Shown here: in pieces, positions 52,801 to 62,749 of the stretch
Numbering within the stretch: position 1 is the first letter of the stretch
How the letters are laid out: each line of letters starts with the position of its first letter
NCBI GenBank assembly: GCA_965637545.1
Contig: OZ281501.1
Span: forward strand, 8,432,001-8,496,000
Source of the DNA: Phallusia mammillata
Taxonomy: Eukaryota
Direction of reading: 5' to 3'
Length of the DNA: 64,000 nt
The notes under the pieces: generated by a model
Seen by the model: only the letters and a program-made list of their open reading frames with translations
Database searches by the model: none
Told to the model about the DNA's origin: nothing
Translations under genes and position numbers: made by a program

Positions 52801-55800
52801 TTTACATACCCTGTATATTTGATCCCGATGAACTCTTCCTATCTATTGCACGTTGCATGGGAAGAGTGGCTGCTGCGCTAAGCTCATCCGCTGAGTGATA
52901 ATTTCTATAAGTGGAAAGCAAAATAAGTAGTCAAAATTACAGGTAACTGAAGTAATTTAATAACAATCGCATGCCAGTTTGGAATTAAAAAAGTTTAAAT
53001 TTACACCGACAAGCAAAAAAAAATGCTGTTTAAGTTGTTCGTACTGTTGATTTTTTACCTTGAAAGGTTCGTCTTTTCATGACTATCGTCGGATTCATCT
53101 GTTCCCACCCTTCTGCTCTTTTTCACTTGTGTGTACAGACTGCCATCTAGCGGACCCGGAGAACGCGGAACGTCTAAAACAGATATAATCTGTTAACCTC
53201 ATCGTTTACTGCGGTGGACAAATAATATTTTTTCCCAGCAGCAAAGACCATTAGAAATTTTGAATTTATTAAACGGAATTGTTTGTCCTATATGATTCTC
53301 AGCCATGTTGAAAAGGGGAAATAAAATAAATTTCAGAAGAAGAAATCTCTGTCAATTTACCTAAATTGAGAGAGACCTAAACGTCAAAACAAGACGGAAG
53401 GGTTACTCAGTTAGGGTACAGACAGTGTATCTTAATCAGGTTGAGCAAATCGTTGCTTGGCTTGACTGGGTTACCATCGAACGTTGGACTGAACTTGAGG
53501 TCACGATGCATTTGTCTAGACAAGCCTATCGATTGACTGGTTTTGACATTATATGCATAATGCAGAATGGGTGAAGTGAAATGGACGTGGTGCGGACGCC
53601 ATAAAAGCTTTTTGATAAAAAAGCCAACGCAAATGCAATTTGCATGATCAAAAGTCTATGGCAAAAATGTACACAAAATATGCTGTTTATAACACATTTT
53701 AAACGCGAGGTATGCTACGTGTGACAACGTTTTTAGCCATCTTCTGACAAAAAATACACCAGTTCGACGGAATGCCCGAAGTTATATTTTGAGTAACAGT
53801 GTACAAAGTTTACACATTTTTTGGCAATTTTGTTTCTTAATAAGCACAGCCGCTGTATACTTATTTTCACAGTTTTGGCTTCCCAAATGAAAATATTCTT
53901 GCAAAAAAACTCCAGATTTATATAACGCCTTAATGAATAAATAAAAGCAAGCTGTCAAGTGCAATTGACAATCACTTGGCAATATTAAAACTGACATGAA
54001 ATGTGTATCGAACTCAAGTCTCAGATACGTTGACAATCGTTACAAGGAAGTGGATCTTATTTGTGACAATTTGCGCACAAAGGTCTATTTCAGGTTTATT
54101 AAATGTTGTGGGTAGTCTGAAACATCAATGAAAGCCTTGTTAGCTGGAGCAGCATTTTCAGAAATGTCAATATCCCACGTTATAAGTGCATTTAACTGTC
54201 AATCACACATTCCTTACACCGCACAGTCAACATTGATTGCACATGAACAAAACTACAGGTATTTGATTTAATTTCGGAATTGGAAACCACAAATTTATTT
54301 GAAGAAATGTTATTTATTGTGTATTGGTGTAAATACTTATTTTTAAAAAAAGAAAAAACGTGCTAAATATGACAAAACACATGTGCAATGTAAAAAATGT
54401 TACATATATGGTATGGTGGATATCAACGAAGGTGGTGCCACTTGTAAATACCAAGGTTGGTTTCTGACGATGTTATTCTTTGAAAACTGGCAGCTGGTCA
54501 AGTGCTAAGTAAATATTTCCGCATGTTATCTTACCTGAGTCGCTAAGTGACGATTCGTCCGTCATTAATCCACGCTTTGAGGTAACTAACATCAACAACG
54601 ATCATACATACATGCTAATATCACCAAGCAACCCTGTACACCAAAAATGTGGTGTTTAATTCGAATGTACATTACAATAGCAAAGTATACCACCTAAGAT
54701 TATCTGTACACCTCATTTGACAACATTGCTGTTGAGTGTATAATTCGTTCTTTGCATACGGTAGATAACGTTACTTAAATGAAATCTCTAATGACATATC
54801 AAAACAGCATAAAGAAGCAATATCATTGTGTGAAAGACAATGCCCTAGAATACAGCATGTGATATTGCTTGTTACATCATAGAGCAGTACGGCTAGTACC
54901 ACTGGTAACCAAGGTGGTGTTTCATAAGACCTACACTACAACAACATAATAAAGGAATTTTACTGCAACAGATCAATCACGTTGCTAATGCCGGACACCT
55001 GCAAATTACCTGAATGAGGAAAACTAGAAAACTAAACAACCGTTTGCTGTCAAAAAGCACAAGGAACGAAGCGTGCGAATCAAAACAATTCTCTCCCGTC
55101 CATTTCGAAATGAAGCAATTTCCGAGAAGACAACGGGAGGTGTATGTGCCCCAATTTCATTTGTATCAGTCAACAAGCAAGACACATTGGAACTTGGAAG
55201 CATACTGATAGTGACAGTGAGAAAGTTTGGTATTATGAAATAATGAAACTTACATACAGGCGTTTTTGTAAAAAACTTTTTTTTGTAAATGGAATATATA
55301 TGCCACTCACAAAATGGTAGGCGTGACTGTTAGATTCGTTTTGAATGTTGATACATGGAACTAAAATGAAACTCAACAAACAGCGCATAACGCTTAATCA
55401 ACATCAGTTTTTACTTAACTGTATGTCATACTTTATTGTCTAAAGATCGGCTTTTGCGATTTCCCACTTGGCAATTTAGTAAAAACACTTAGCAGTCTTT
55501 GCAAAAATACAAATTTTGAAACTTACAAATCGTACGTTGCACTAACAAAATATAAATGCCAATTTATCACTGATAACCTTGCATTGAATCTGTAAAGCAA
55601 CTTTATGGACGAAACTAGAAAATGACTCGACCTATAACACAATTTCCAACAGATTTGTAAAACCTAATCTAGCCTACGTGTCCGTCAACACACAACGAGC
55701 AGCAGAAGGCTTGACAATGGTCGTAAATGCCGTTGATCAATAGCTGGGCACACTCAACAAATCCCAAGCACAACAACGACTGAATTTAGTGCTTCAAGTG

Positions 55801-58800
55801 GACACTGACTTGTTACCACTTCACTGCAGCGATATTGTGGAAACTTTCATGTCTTTTGACAGTATTACACTTTTGTCAACCACTTTATTTTAAAGAAATC
55901 ATTGCAAGAAATTTAGTAAACACTGAAACATGGAAACGCAAATTTACAATCCCACGATGGGTTGAATAAACGAACGGCATAATTTACTGCATTTAATAGT
56001 TCTGAATAACGATGTACTCGAAAAAAGTCTCACAGACAAATAATTGACGAAGTGCTACAATGCCTACTTTCCTAAAAAATTGTCTTCATTTACCAGTCAC
56101 GCGATACGGAATGGAAAATACCATTTGTAATTGCAGGTGGTTTGCTGCAACATGCAAACTGGCACGCAAACATTAGAGCAGAATTGCAGTGGTGTCTTCT
56201 AATTGGCACTCGCCAGAAAAGTTACAAGACGATATAACCGCAACGTGGGTTAGAGTCAGGATCAGCTAAATAAACAAGCTGTTTTGTTACGCACATAGGC
56301 AATGGCTAATGAACTAAGGTCTATATTCCTGGCAGTAGTGTAGGGCCTTAGGCTGCTGATACTTACGACAAGTCTATCTCGGCTATTTGGGTTTCCTGCA
56401 TACTTTACCGCAAGCATGGACGCATGGTTTCTAGATATGCAGCTTTCACTCCGCAGAAATATTTCTACGGGGACCACTTATTAAAGCTATTATTTCGAAA
56501 ACAAAGCCCTTTACACATTTAGGCGAAATAGCTCAGTCACAATATACACTGCTGAAGCAGACGTGTGCTAAAACACTCATAAGTGGTCCCACACTGACTT
56601 CATACCGTTCCACCAAACAACACAATTTCTTGTTCACGGAGTATATCGACGACAGTGCACAGTCTTGTAATTGTCAGTTATAACGTGGAAATTAAGTGCC
56701 TGTGCAATTAAACACTTCTGGTGATATAAAATGCGAATTCCGTTGACGTCTGAGTGCCTGCACATATAATAGTAGCATCTGGAACGGAGAGAACTTGACA
56801 AAGCCAACCATTTATGTAATGGACGCATCCTGACTTTAAGGACAGCAGTGATACCAAGGGAGCCACTGGGACCCGACTTTTATGAGTGAATAATTTATAA
56901 GTCTGCTTGATGTCAAGCGTCAAGCAACAAAACATTCTGCCTTTACTAATTTTTCTGTTTTTACTGTATACCTCATGTTGCATGGATTTATGTGACAAGT
57001 TCACACTTTGTAAATATCAGTTAGTTTTTTTTTCGTTTTTCAATGAACATACATCATTGTTTTGTTCAAACATATGCAACTTAAATGCAAAATAGCACTA
57101 AACAATGCGTCATGTTAACAAACTTATCAATCACGTCTTACCACACCTTAAGAATAACTGCTGCTAATTTTTACAATGCTACAGCTCGATCGATTCCCCT
57201 ATTGAGCACGGAAGTAAATATGACAGGTATAAATTGCATGTCATCATATCCATATCTCTGCAGCTGCCTTGTACATGATTTACCCTACCTGAGTAAACTA
57301 AATTGATTAGGACAAACAACATTTACACTTGGGCGCAGGTTTTCGCTTCGATTGATTGCAAAAGCAACTGAGCCTCAACAAAGCAGCAAGCCCCGGGGCT
57401 GTGCCGAAGAATTCACGCTGAAATTTGCCCAAGCGTAAACGGCATTACGTAACCATACAAAAATGTACGCTGTGCGCCTGTTTTCACCAATATTTTGCGA
57501 AGCACTTTTTCTGCTCTTCGAAAAATTCGGCGTGTTCAAACTGCTTTAGCTGATACTAAAATGGTTCATTTTGAGGATAGAAGTGGTTTGAGGTATTGGC
57601 TTATTGATTTGAAATCAAACGTAGCCATCTAAGGACAATATTATTTATGTTCGCTAATTGTCGCGTTCTAAACCTTTAAGGAAATATATTTGAAAATATT
57701 TACCGGTTTATATCTTAGTGCTGATAGCAGCCGGTCGAACTGTCTTAACCTCGTCACTGTTGATGATGCCAAATAAGAGTTAATCTCAACACACAAACAA
57801 ACACCGCAGACTCTCTATATCTCACTTGGCAGATTTAATCTCGTAATAGCTAGGTCCAAGCAGACTTAGGTGCATTAAAAGCTTCAATCTGAGAGACTGC
57901 TAAATTACTTACAGACAAAACCAGCAACGAAATGGTCCATTTATAAATATTATCAATTCTTGGATATCGTTCAAGTTATGGCCAATAAACGGACGGAGGA
58001 AGTAGCATGACTCATCTTTTACGCACTGACTGTGACCGCAATTCCCAAATGGAGGAGTTCGTTACAGAAAACCCCAAAGCCAAATTTGTTGAATGCTAAC
58101 CTTTCAGACAAGACGAACTGCTTAATTCGCTGATCAAACGCCTACTAGATATTTTTCACAAGATACAAGGCTGCAGCAAACGGTAGCCTGATTTCTGTTT
58201 GATGAGCAAACTCCACATGCCATTCTGCGCAAGTAATGGCTTTAAACCGAAACCAGAGTCAACGATTTGCGTGGCACGTGTAGTACGGAAGTTTTACAAC
58301 ACCGATCACCGCTCCCCTTCTCTCTATTCTGTTTACTACGTTTAGGAATGTAGCGTCGAATTTACCAAGAGCCAACAAACCACTGAGATTGAAAAAAACG
58401 AGTTCAGCTCCAACGGAACGTGAACAGTGCAGCCTGAACTCCGCTGACGGGTTCAAAATATTTACACCACATGTTGTTTCTTGAGAAAATGCAGTCATGT
58501 TTACCAGGGTTTCAACATCAGTGTTTATCGAGAGAATTTAAGCCAACACCATTATGACGAAATATTTTTATTTCTTTTTGCCTGTTTGACAAGCTGTTAT
58601 CGCAAACAATTACCATTTAGAGCAGGTGCGTGCAACCTTTGTTACTGTTTGGCCAAACACAATAGTCAAAATTAGATCGCGGGCCGCACCTGTGTATAAC
58701 ACAAGGTGATTTTACTTTGTTGCTTACCAAATATGTTCAACTACAAGTAAAATTCGCATTTGATTCCAGCCACATATTGCCTGGTCGCAGAAAAATAGCA

Positions 58801-60919
58801 TCAGGCGCAATAATCTGCTCAAAAATATAAAATAGTTGGACTCGTTTGTCAGTACATTTGAAACCCAAGCGTCTCTGCGGGCCGCACCTTTAATCAAGGG
58901 CCGCATTTGGCCCGCGGGCTGCAGGTTGCACACCCCTGATTTAGAGGACAACAACACAGTATAGGCAAATTCTTCCTGGGAAAGAAATGGACAATCACAA
59001 TGCCACGTTATAAAATGCGTTTGTCTCTTCATGAAGTCACTGCTCTGTCGACCATTTCCAATTAAAAACTTTTGACAGCAATTGCGTAGCTTTTAGTTCG
59101 TCATCGAGATCGAAACCTCCTACAGTATTACCTAAACTTTCGCACGTTGTACTACATTTCAATTGCGGCACACATTTTTCTATGCTCGGGTTTGGAACAA
59201 GAGTGTCCTTTGCTAAGTTTAAAACCAATCAACAGTCATTTTGTTAAAGGCATACATCCCATCCTGACCGCACATAGCGAGCATTTGTGAAATAAATGTC
59301 ACTGACCAGGTAAACACTTTACGGCAAAGGTCCTTGGCGCAAAACAAAACCGCGCTATCTTGTACCGACAAGGTGCGTTGCAACAGCATCCGAAAAACAA
59401 GATACGTCAATAAGTATTTTTAGTTGGAAAAAAGAGCTCTATAGCACCACCTCGTGGACGAAAGTGGCTGAAGATCTAAAACAGTCGGGGTCAGTATCAT
59501 ATTGATTTTAACAAGAAACTTTGCTAGAAATTGTGCACTTTTTCACAGGAATGAATCCAGTTTCGCTTCGTTTAATGTACTGTAGTATAGCACCCAATGT
59601 GCACTGTCTCCAGTTTTTTTACAAACACATAACTACCAGGAAACTTTACGTGAGATAATGCATCGCAAAAGTCGACAATGCAAAACCAAAAACAATGCAA
59701 AACTTGTTACATGCAAAATATCTTGTTTTTGGATTGGGCTATTTGAATTTTGATTTACGTTAATCGAAATTCATGCAAATTGTAGATTCGGAAAGCTGTA
59801 CCATTCGTCTAGCTGTGGGTACTTGGGTTTTCAGCTAATGGCACTTGAAGTAAAGCAAACAGAAGAGATGGTCGGCCCCGCGCCTATCAAGTGGTAAGAT
59901 TGGCATTTTAAGTTGAACTGAATTCATCCTGGTGCTAAACGTGGCATCCAATACTGTTGACAATATAGGCGACAAGTGCTACAAGGGTCTGCTAGTATTT
60001 GAAAACATATGTCGCCTTAAAATTTAGATTTTGCAGCAACCAAGCGAGGTCACTGAGATCTTTGATATCAATTAACTGTAAAGATGATTAACCCTTACGA
60101 AATGCATTTTTAAAAATAAAAAACTCAAGCATTGCAGTATCCCTGTATTTAAAACGGCCCATATAACCGCTGTGTTGAAATGCTCAGAACTCATTTACCT
60201 CCAAAATAACAAGCAAAATTTTTTGGCGATGATTTACCAAAAATCATTGGCACGTATACATCTTGTGCAAACGCTACTCAATTATTACAAAAACTTACGA
60301 TATCGTTTCTTGGTTTGCGGGGGCGTTTGCGTTCCAATGTCTCTGTTCAATACAAACTTCCGCAAAGACACATCAGCTGCTCTTCGTTCAGTTGAGCTCT
60401 GGCTTTTTGGTGACAGCGAGTTCAAACTGCTACTAGCTGAAAGCGAACTAATTGGAGACATCACAAAAGCTTGCTTCGGTGACGATAAGATATAATCCCC
60501 AGTTTTGTTTACATCCGAACCAACGGTGGTCTGAGACAGCGTGCGTTCAGCCATGTTACCAGTCCACTGCATAAACGTCCAAGAGGTTGGTTTAGAATCG
60601 GTTTTCAGATTTTGCGAGGAACTGGCGCGAAGCGTGCGCTCTGATTGTTTGTTTTTGAACACCGACCACGAGAACTTAGGAAAACCACGATGTCCCGACC
60701 TCTTTGGCGACGCCTGGCGGTCCTGATTTGGTGGAAAAATTGTGTTGACGCTTTTTGCGCGTCTGCATCGACAACAGGTTGTTTCTATTGGTGAAGACGG
60801 ACCAACACTCGCCAGCGAATCAAAGGCTGATGGAAAAGACAGTGGACGGCTTTTAGATGCCCTGCGATGGTTCTTCATTTGTATGTGGTGAACCAAATAT
60901 TCTTGTCCAAACCTTTCAG
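4668..60919 (-). CDS. TNS: Tensin (focal-adhesion SH2-PTB adaptor), partial: 28 exons and 5717 nt of CDS in window; N-terminal PTP/C2 exons not in window
   Basis: Continuous in-frame chain of GT-AG exons from 60919 to TAA at 4670-4668. Tensin hallmarks: [48 protein letters not shown]2 ([21 protein letters not shown]; LVRHFLIE; [22 protein letters not shown]), PTB ([13 protein letters not shown]; ESLTGP; [15 protein letters not shown]; FFRRHYP; FGFVAKK; [24 protein letters not shown]). Confidence 0.95.
5004..5126 (-). CDS. TNS: Tensin PTB exon
   Basis: [19 protein letters not shown]...RRW; ctag| ... |gtaagg; phase 2-2. Confidence 0.95.
5239..5354 (-). CDS. TNS: Tensin PTB exon
   Basis: AIERAMRE...[18 protein letters not shown]; phase 0-2, donor gtaagt. 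Confidence 0.95.
5483..5625 (-). CDS. TNS: Tensin PTB first exon
   Basis: [31 protein letters not shown]; phase 1-0, donor gtgag. Confidence 0.95.
5864..6034 (-). CDS. TNS: Tensin SH2 C-terminal exon
   Basis: [56 protein letters not shown]; phase 1-1. Confidence 0.96.
6308..6443 (-). CDS. TNS: Tensin SH2 exon
   Basis: [35 protein letters not shown]; phase 0-1, donor gtaag. Confidence 0.96.
6515..6630 (-). CDS. TNS: Tensin exon, SH2 start
   Basis: [20 protein letters not shown]; phase 1-0. Confidence 0.95.
6758..6841 (-). CDS. TNS: Tensin Ser-rich exon
   Basis: [27 protein letters not shown]; phase 1-1, in frame with both neighbours. Confidence 0.88.
6961..7098 (-). CDS. TNS: Tensin exon
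   Basis: [28 protein letters not shown]...; tgcag| ... |gtaag; phase 1-1. Confidence 0.88.
7242..7683 (-). CDS. TNS: Tensin Ser/Pro/Gly-rich exon
   Basis: Overlaps ORF 7189..7665; [11 protein letters not shown]...[22 protein letters not shown]; phase 0-1. Confidence 0.9.
8082..8116 (-). CDS. TNS: Tensin 35-nt exon
   Basis: ttag|AG AGG CAC...ACG AAT|gtaagt ([12 protein letters not shown]); supplies the phase 1-to-0 change needed between 22050 and 7683. Confidence 0.8.
9725..9866 (-). promoter_or_regulatory. Candidate internal tensin promoter (TATA/MEF2 composite) and short first exon
   Basis: CTATTTATAAATA on - at 9866-9854; ATG at 9788 opens 21 codons + 1 nt, then |gtaaga, phase-compatible with exon 8116. 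Confidence 0.5.
22050..22169 (-). CDS. TNS: Tensin exon
   Basis: [22 protein letters not shown]... (vertebrate tensin KTPLSALGLKP motif); phase 1-1. Confidence 0.92.
22410..22551 (-). CDS. TNS: Tensin exon
   Basis: NIHSYKE...[22 protein letters not shown] (tensin PATPxFP..TPY motif); phase 0-1. Confidence 0.92.
22844..23030 (-). CDS. TNS: Tensin exon
   Basis: APQPSYPPK...INPGGRPVE|gtgagt; phase 2-0. Confidence 0.88.
23232..23286 (-). CDS. TNS: Tensin 55-nt exon
   Basis: ttcag|[17 protein letters not shown]|gtaagt; phase 1-2. Confidence 0.85.
23684..24395 (-). CDS. TNS: Candidate alternative first exon of tensin (ATG 24395 or 24263)
   Basis: Lies in the 256-codon ORF 23664..24434 and ends at a phase-1 donor (AAT G|gtagg) matching the 23286 acceptor. 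Protein-like content ([22 protein letters not shown]..., RRHTV, RRFS). Confidence 0.65.
25327..25543. mobile_element. hAT (Buster/Charlie-type) MITE, 217 bp
   Basis: TIRs CAGTGGTTCTCAAACT / AGTTTGAGAACCACTG; perfect 8-bp TSD GTTTAAAG (25319-25326, 25544-25551); subterminal GGCCGCATGCGGCTC. Confidence 0.93.
31056..31186 (-). CDS. TNS: Tensin exon
   Basis: [30 protein letters not shown]...SIEN; phase 2-1. Confidence 0.85.
31985..32099 (-). CDS. TNS: Tensin exon
   Basis: [27 protein letters not shown]...; phase 1-2. Confidence 0.85.
32211..32434 (-). CDS. TNS: Tensin exon (S/T-P repeat and LD-like helix)
   Basis: Within ORF 32206..32526; phase 2-1. Confidence 0.87.
32335..32424 (-). repeat. 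Three degenerate 30-bp units inside a tensin exon
   Basis: [10 protein letters not shown] / [10 protein letters not shown] / [10 protein letters not shown]. Confidence 0.75.
33007..33473 (-). CDS. TNS: Tensin exon (E/R/K/Q-rich helix)
   Basis: Within ORF 33003..33515; tttttgcag| ... |gtaagc; phase 0-2. Confidence 0.88.
38203..38296. mobile_element. Degenerate 94-bp hAT-like MITE
   Basis: Terminal CATGGGCG / CGCCCATG; flanks CTTATACA / CTTATGTA (6/8 TSD match). Confidence 0.5.
45423..45625 (-). CDS. TNS: Tensin exon
   Basis: Within ORF 45378..45644; ...[24 protein letters not shown]|gtaagc; phase 1-0. Confidence 0.87.
45739..45811 (-). CDS. TNS: Tensin exon
   Basis: [24 protein letters not shown]; phase 0-1. 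Confidence 0.83.
46121..46300 (-). CDS. TNS: Tensin exon (acidic coiled coil)
   Basis: Within ORF 46100..46366; phase 0-0. Confidence 0.85.
46721..47705 (-). CDS. TNS: Tensin 985-nt acidic low-complexity exon
   Basis: Within the 380-codon ORF 46595..47737; ttttatag| ... GCG|gtagg; phase 2-0. Confidence 0.87.
50499..50808 (-). CDS. TNS: Tensin acidic exon
   Basis: Within ORF 50483..50821; phase 1-2. Confidence 0.82.
51755..52730. mobile_element. Non-autonomous hAT element, copy 1 (976 bp)
   Basis: CAGGGGTGGCCAACC ... GGTGGCCACCCCTG; perfect 8-bp TSD ACTTACAG (51747-51754, 52731-52738); near-identical to 62750-63716. Confidence 0.95.
52810..52904 (-). CDS. TNS: Tensin exon
   Basis: [31 protein letters not shown]; phase 2-1, bridges 53059 and 50808. 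Confidence 0.78.
53059..53173 (-). CDS. TNS: Tensin exon just downstream of the C2 domain
   Basis: [18 protein letters not shown] (vertebrate tensin [13 protein letters not shown]); phase 1-2. Confidence 0.92.
54535..54585 (-). CDS. TNS: Tensin 51-nt exon
   Basis: gttag|[16 protein letters not shown]|gtaag; phase 1-1. Confidence 0.72.
58623..58938. mobile_element. hAT MITE, 316 bp
   Basis: Imperfect TIRs CAGGTGCGTGCAACC / GGTTGCACACCCCTG; perfect 8-bp TSD ATTTAGAG; GGGCCGCA subterminal repeats. Confidence 0.9.
60299..60919 (-). CDS. TNS: Tensin 621-nt exon (symmetric cassette, or alternative first exon with ATG at 60878)
   Basis: ORF 60285..60896 extends to an acceptor (tttcatttctgtaag|); strong phase-1 donor TAT C|gtaagt in frame with the 54585 exon. 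Confidence 0.68.
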
Positions 60920-61599
60920 CTTACAGAAATGAAAGTACAAACTTCTAGTCTGCCTTGTCGCCCTGATATTTTGCAAACGATCGTAAGATTTAGATAAAAT
61001 GTACAAAAGGGTATAGGTCTCTAATAAGCATCGTATTTTGTTTAATGTAAGACATTTAGGCAAAAAATGCTATATCATTTGATACTAATATTGTCAAAAA
61101 ATAAACACTGTAACTGGATTTAAAAAGTGCCAAACAAAACACATTCGTAGTCCTCCGAAGCAGAACAATCGTCACCAAATCAAGTTATGCAGTATAAATG
61201 TTAACCTGTATGTTTATCCTCTCGACTGACTGCCAAATCATAACTTGAATGGCTTGCACTTAACGACATTAATTCCTGCGCTGTGAAATTTTGCTGCAAC
61301 TTGTCATGCTGCTGAATACAAATTGAGTGACCTTTATATGTTAAATGTTCTGGCAGAAGCAGCATGCTTTCCCTCAGGTAGTAAATCGCAATGATCGAGT
61401 AAATCGTAACGGTGTTACGTCATAGTGATTTGATTAATGACGACAAAGCACGAGAAGTCACGTTAGCAAGTGAGGCAACTTGGGAAAAATATCACTGACG
61501 TCACGTATTTCATGACTCTTGTTAAAACATATCGTGAAAAGTTATACATTTTGGGGAAGGAGTAAAATGTTACTTGGTCAACAGACTCAATGTTTAGAG

Positions 61600-61680
61600 C
61601 AGGGGTGGGGAACCTTTTTGTTTGTGAAGGCCGCCAAACGGTTTATCGACACTCGTTTAGGCCGCACAGACTATTTCTCA
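61600..61680. mobile_element. hAT MITE left-end fragment
   Basis: CAGGGGTGGGGAACC preceded by GTTTAGAG, with GGCCGC motifs; no right TIR found; end coordinate approximate. Confidence 0.55.
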
Positions 61681-62292
61681 GGCCAAGGACAGTGGCATTC
61701 AAACTTTTTGACTTACAGAATGGTCGATGTGCTATTGGCCTTACGGTCCAAGCTAAATAAAATTCGTCACTACATTTCCACCCTCACTACAACATTCAGG
61801 ATTTTATTAACGTAGAAACTCGCTTGTTTATCAATATCAATCTCTAAGAGGGGCTTGTGACATAACAGACAAGTTTAAGACATTCGATTTTGCGCAAACA
61901 ATTGTTCTTTTGCAACACAAGTAAGATTGTGGAACCTTTGTCTCTTGGCAGTTCTGCGGATATCGCTTTGTGTAATGTGTACCAGTACGCAAACATTTGG
62001 TTTTAGTTTGAAAACCGCTGCCCTAGAACGAATCAAATAGTTTGGAACACTATATACGGATCTGTTCATAAGTTTTATGGTGAAAATAACGGCCCAAATA
62101 GACGTAAAAAGCGACATGCTTTATTGTTCAAACGTTTCGGCAAATGCTCATGCCCTCATCAGTGATATGAAAGCCACATCAATTGCACCCATTTATATAC
62201 ACTTTAGTCGCATAAAGGAATGATAAAAAGGTGCGAAACAAGCGTCGCATAAAAACGATAGATAAAAAGGTGCGCAGAAGCGAGGTGTAAGC

Positions 62293-62360
62293 CAGTGTTT
62301 CCCAACCTATGGGTCGCGACCCAAAGTTGGGTCGCCTGAAAATTCTGTTGGGTCGCCTGT
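62293..62360. mobile_element. hAT MITE left-end fragment
   Basis: CAGTGTTTCCCAACC followed by GGGTCGCGACCC and GGGTCGCC repeats; right end not found; end coordinate approximate. Confidence 0.6.
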
Positions 62361-62666
62361 TTTTTTAACAAAAACATCTACTATTTGACTTTGTTTCGTA
62401 GTGTTATTATTTTATTTCCCAAGACTTTAAATTGTTGCCAAATAATAATTTTGTGACAACTTGATGTGATAATGGGTAATTCTGTTTGTGACGTCATAAA
62501 ATATGTGTTAGATCACTGTTGAGCGTTGTCTGGCTGAATGCTTTGAACCAGTTCTCAAGTTCGGGCTAAATGGAAATGTTTGGTCAATAAAACGATTATT
62601 ATTTGTTTGATAATTTATTTTTCAAAACTGGCGTAGTAATTTTTAAAAAACTTTCGTGATTTGGAG

Positions 62667-62749
62667 CAGGGCTTCCCAAACTTTTTTGATCGCGACCCCT
62701 TTTAATCTATTAAAATTGTCCGCGACCCTTTACGGGTAATATGATAAAC
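62667..62749. mobile_element. hAT MITE left end, interrupted by copy 2
   Basis: CAGGGCTTCCCAAAC with two CGCGACCC motifs; no right TIR within the window. Confidence 0.6.

Noticed and set aside
53460-53510. MHRDLKF peptide resembling a kinase catalytic loop
   Set aside because: 34-codon ORF with no other kinase motif
55608-55890. Weak resemblance to a transposase C-terminus ([10 protein letters not shown]...RLNLVLQV)
   Set aside because: Too few matching residues to support without a search
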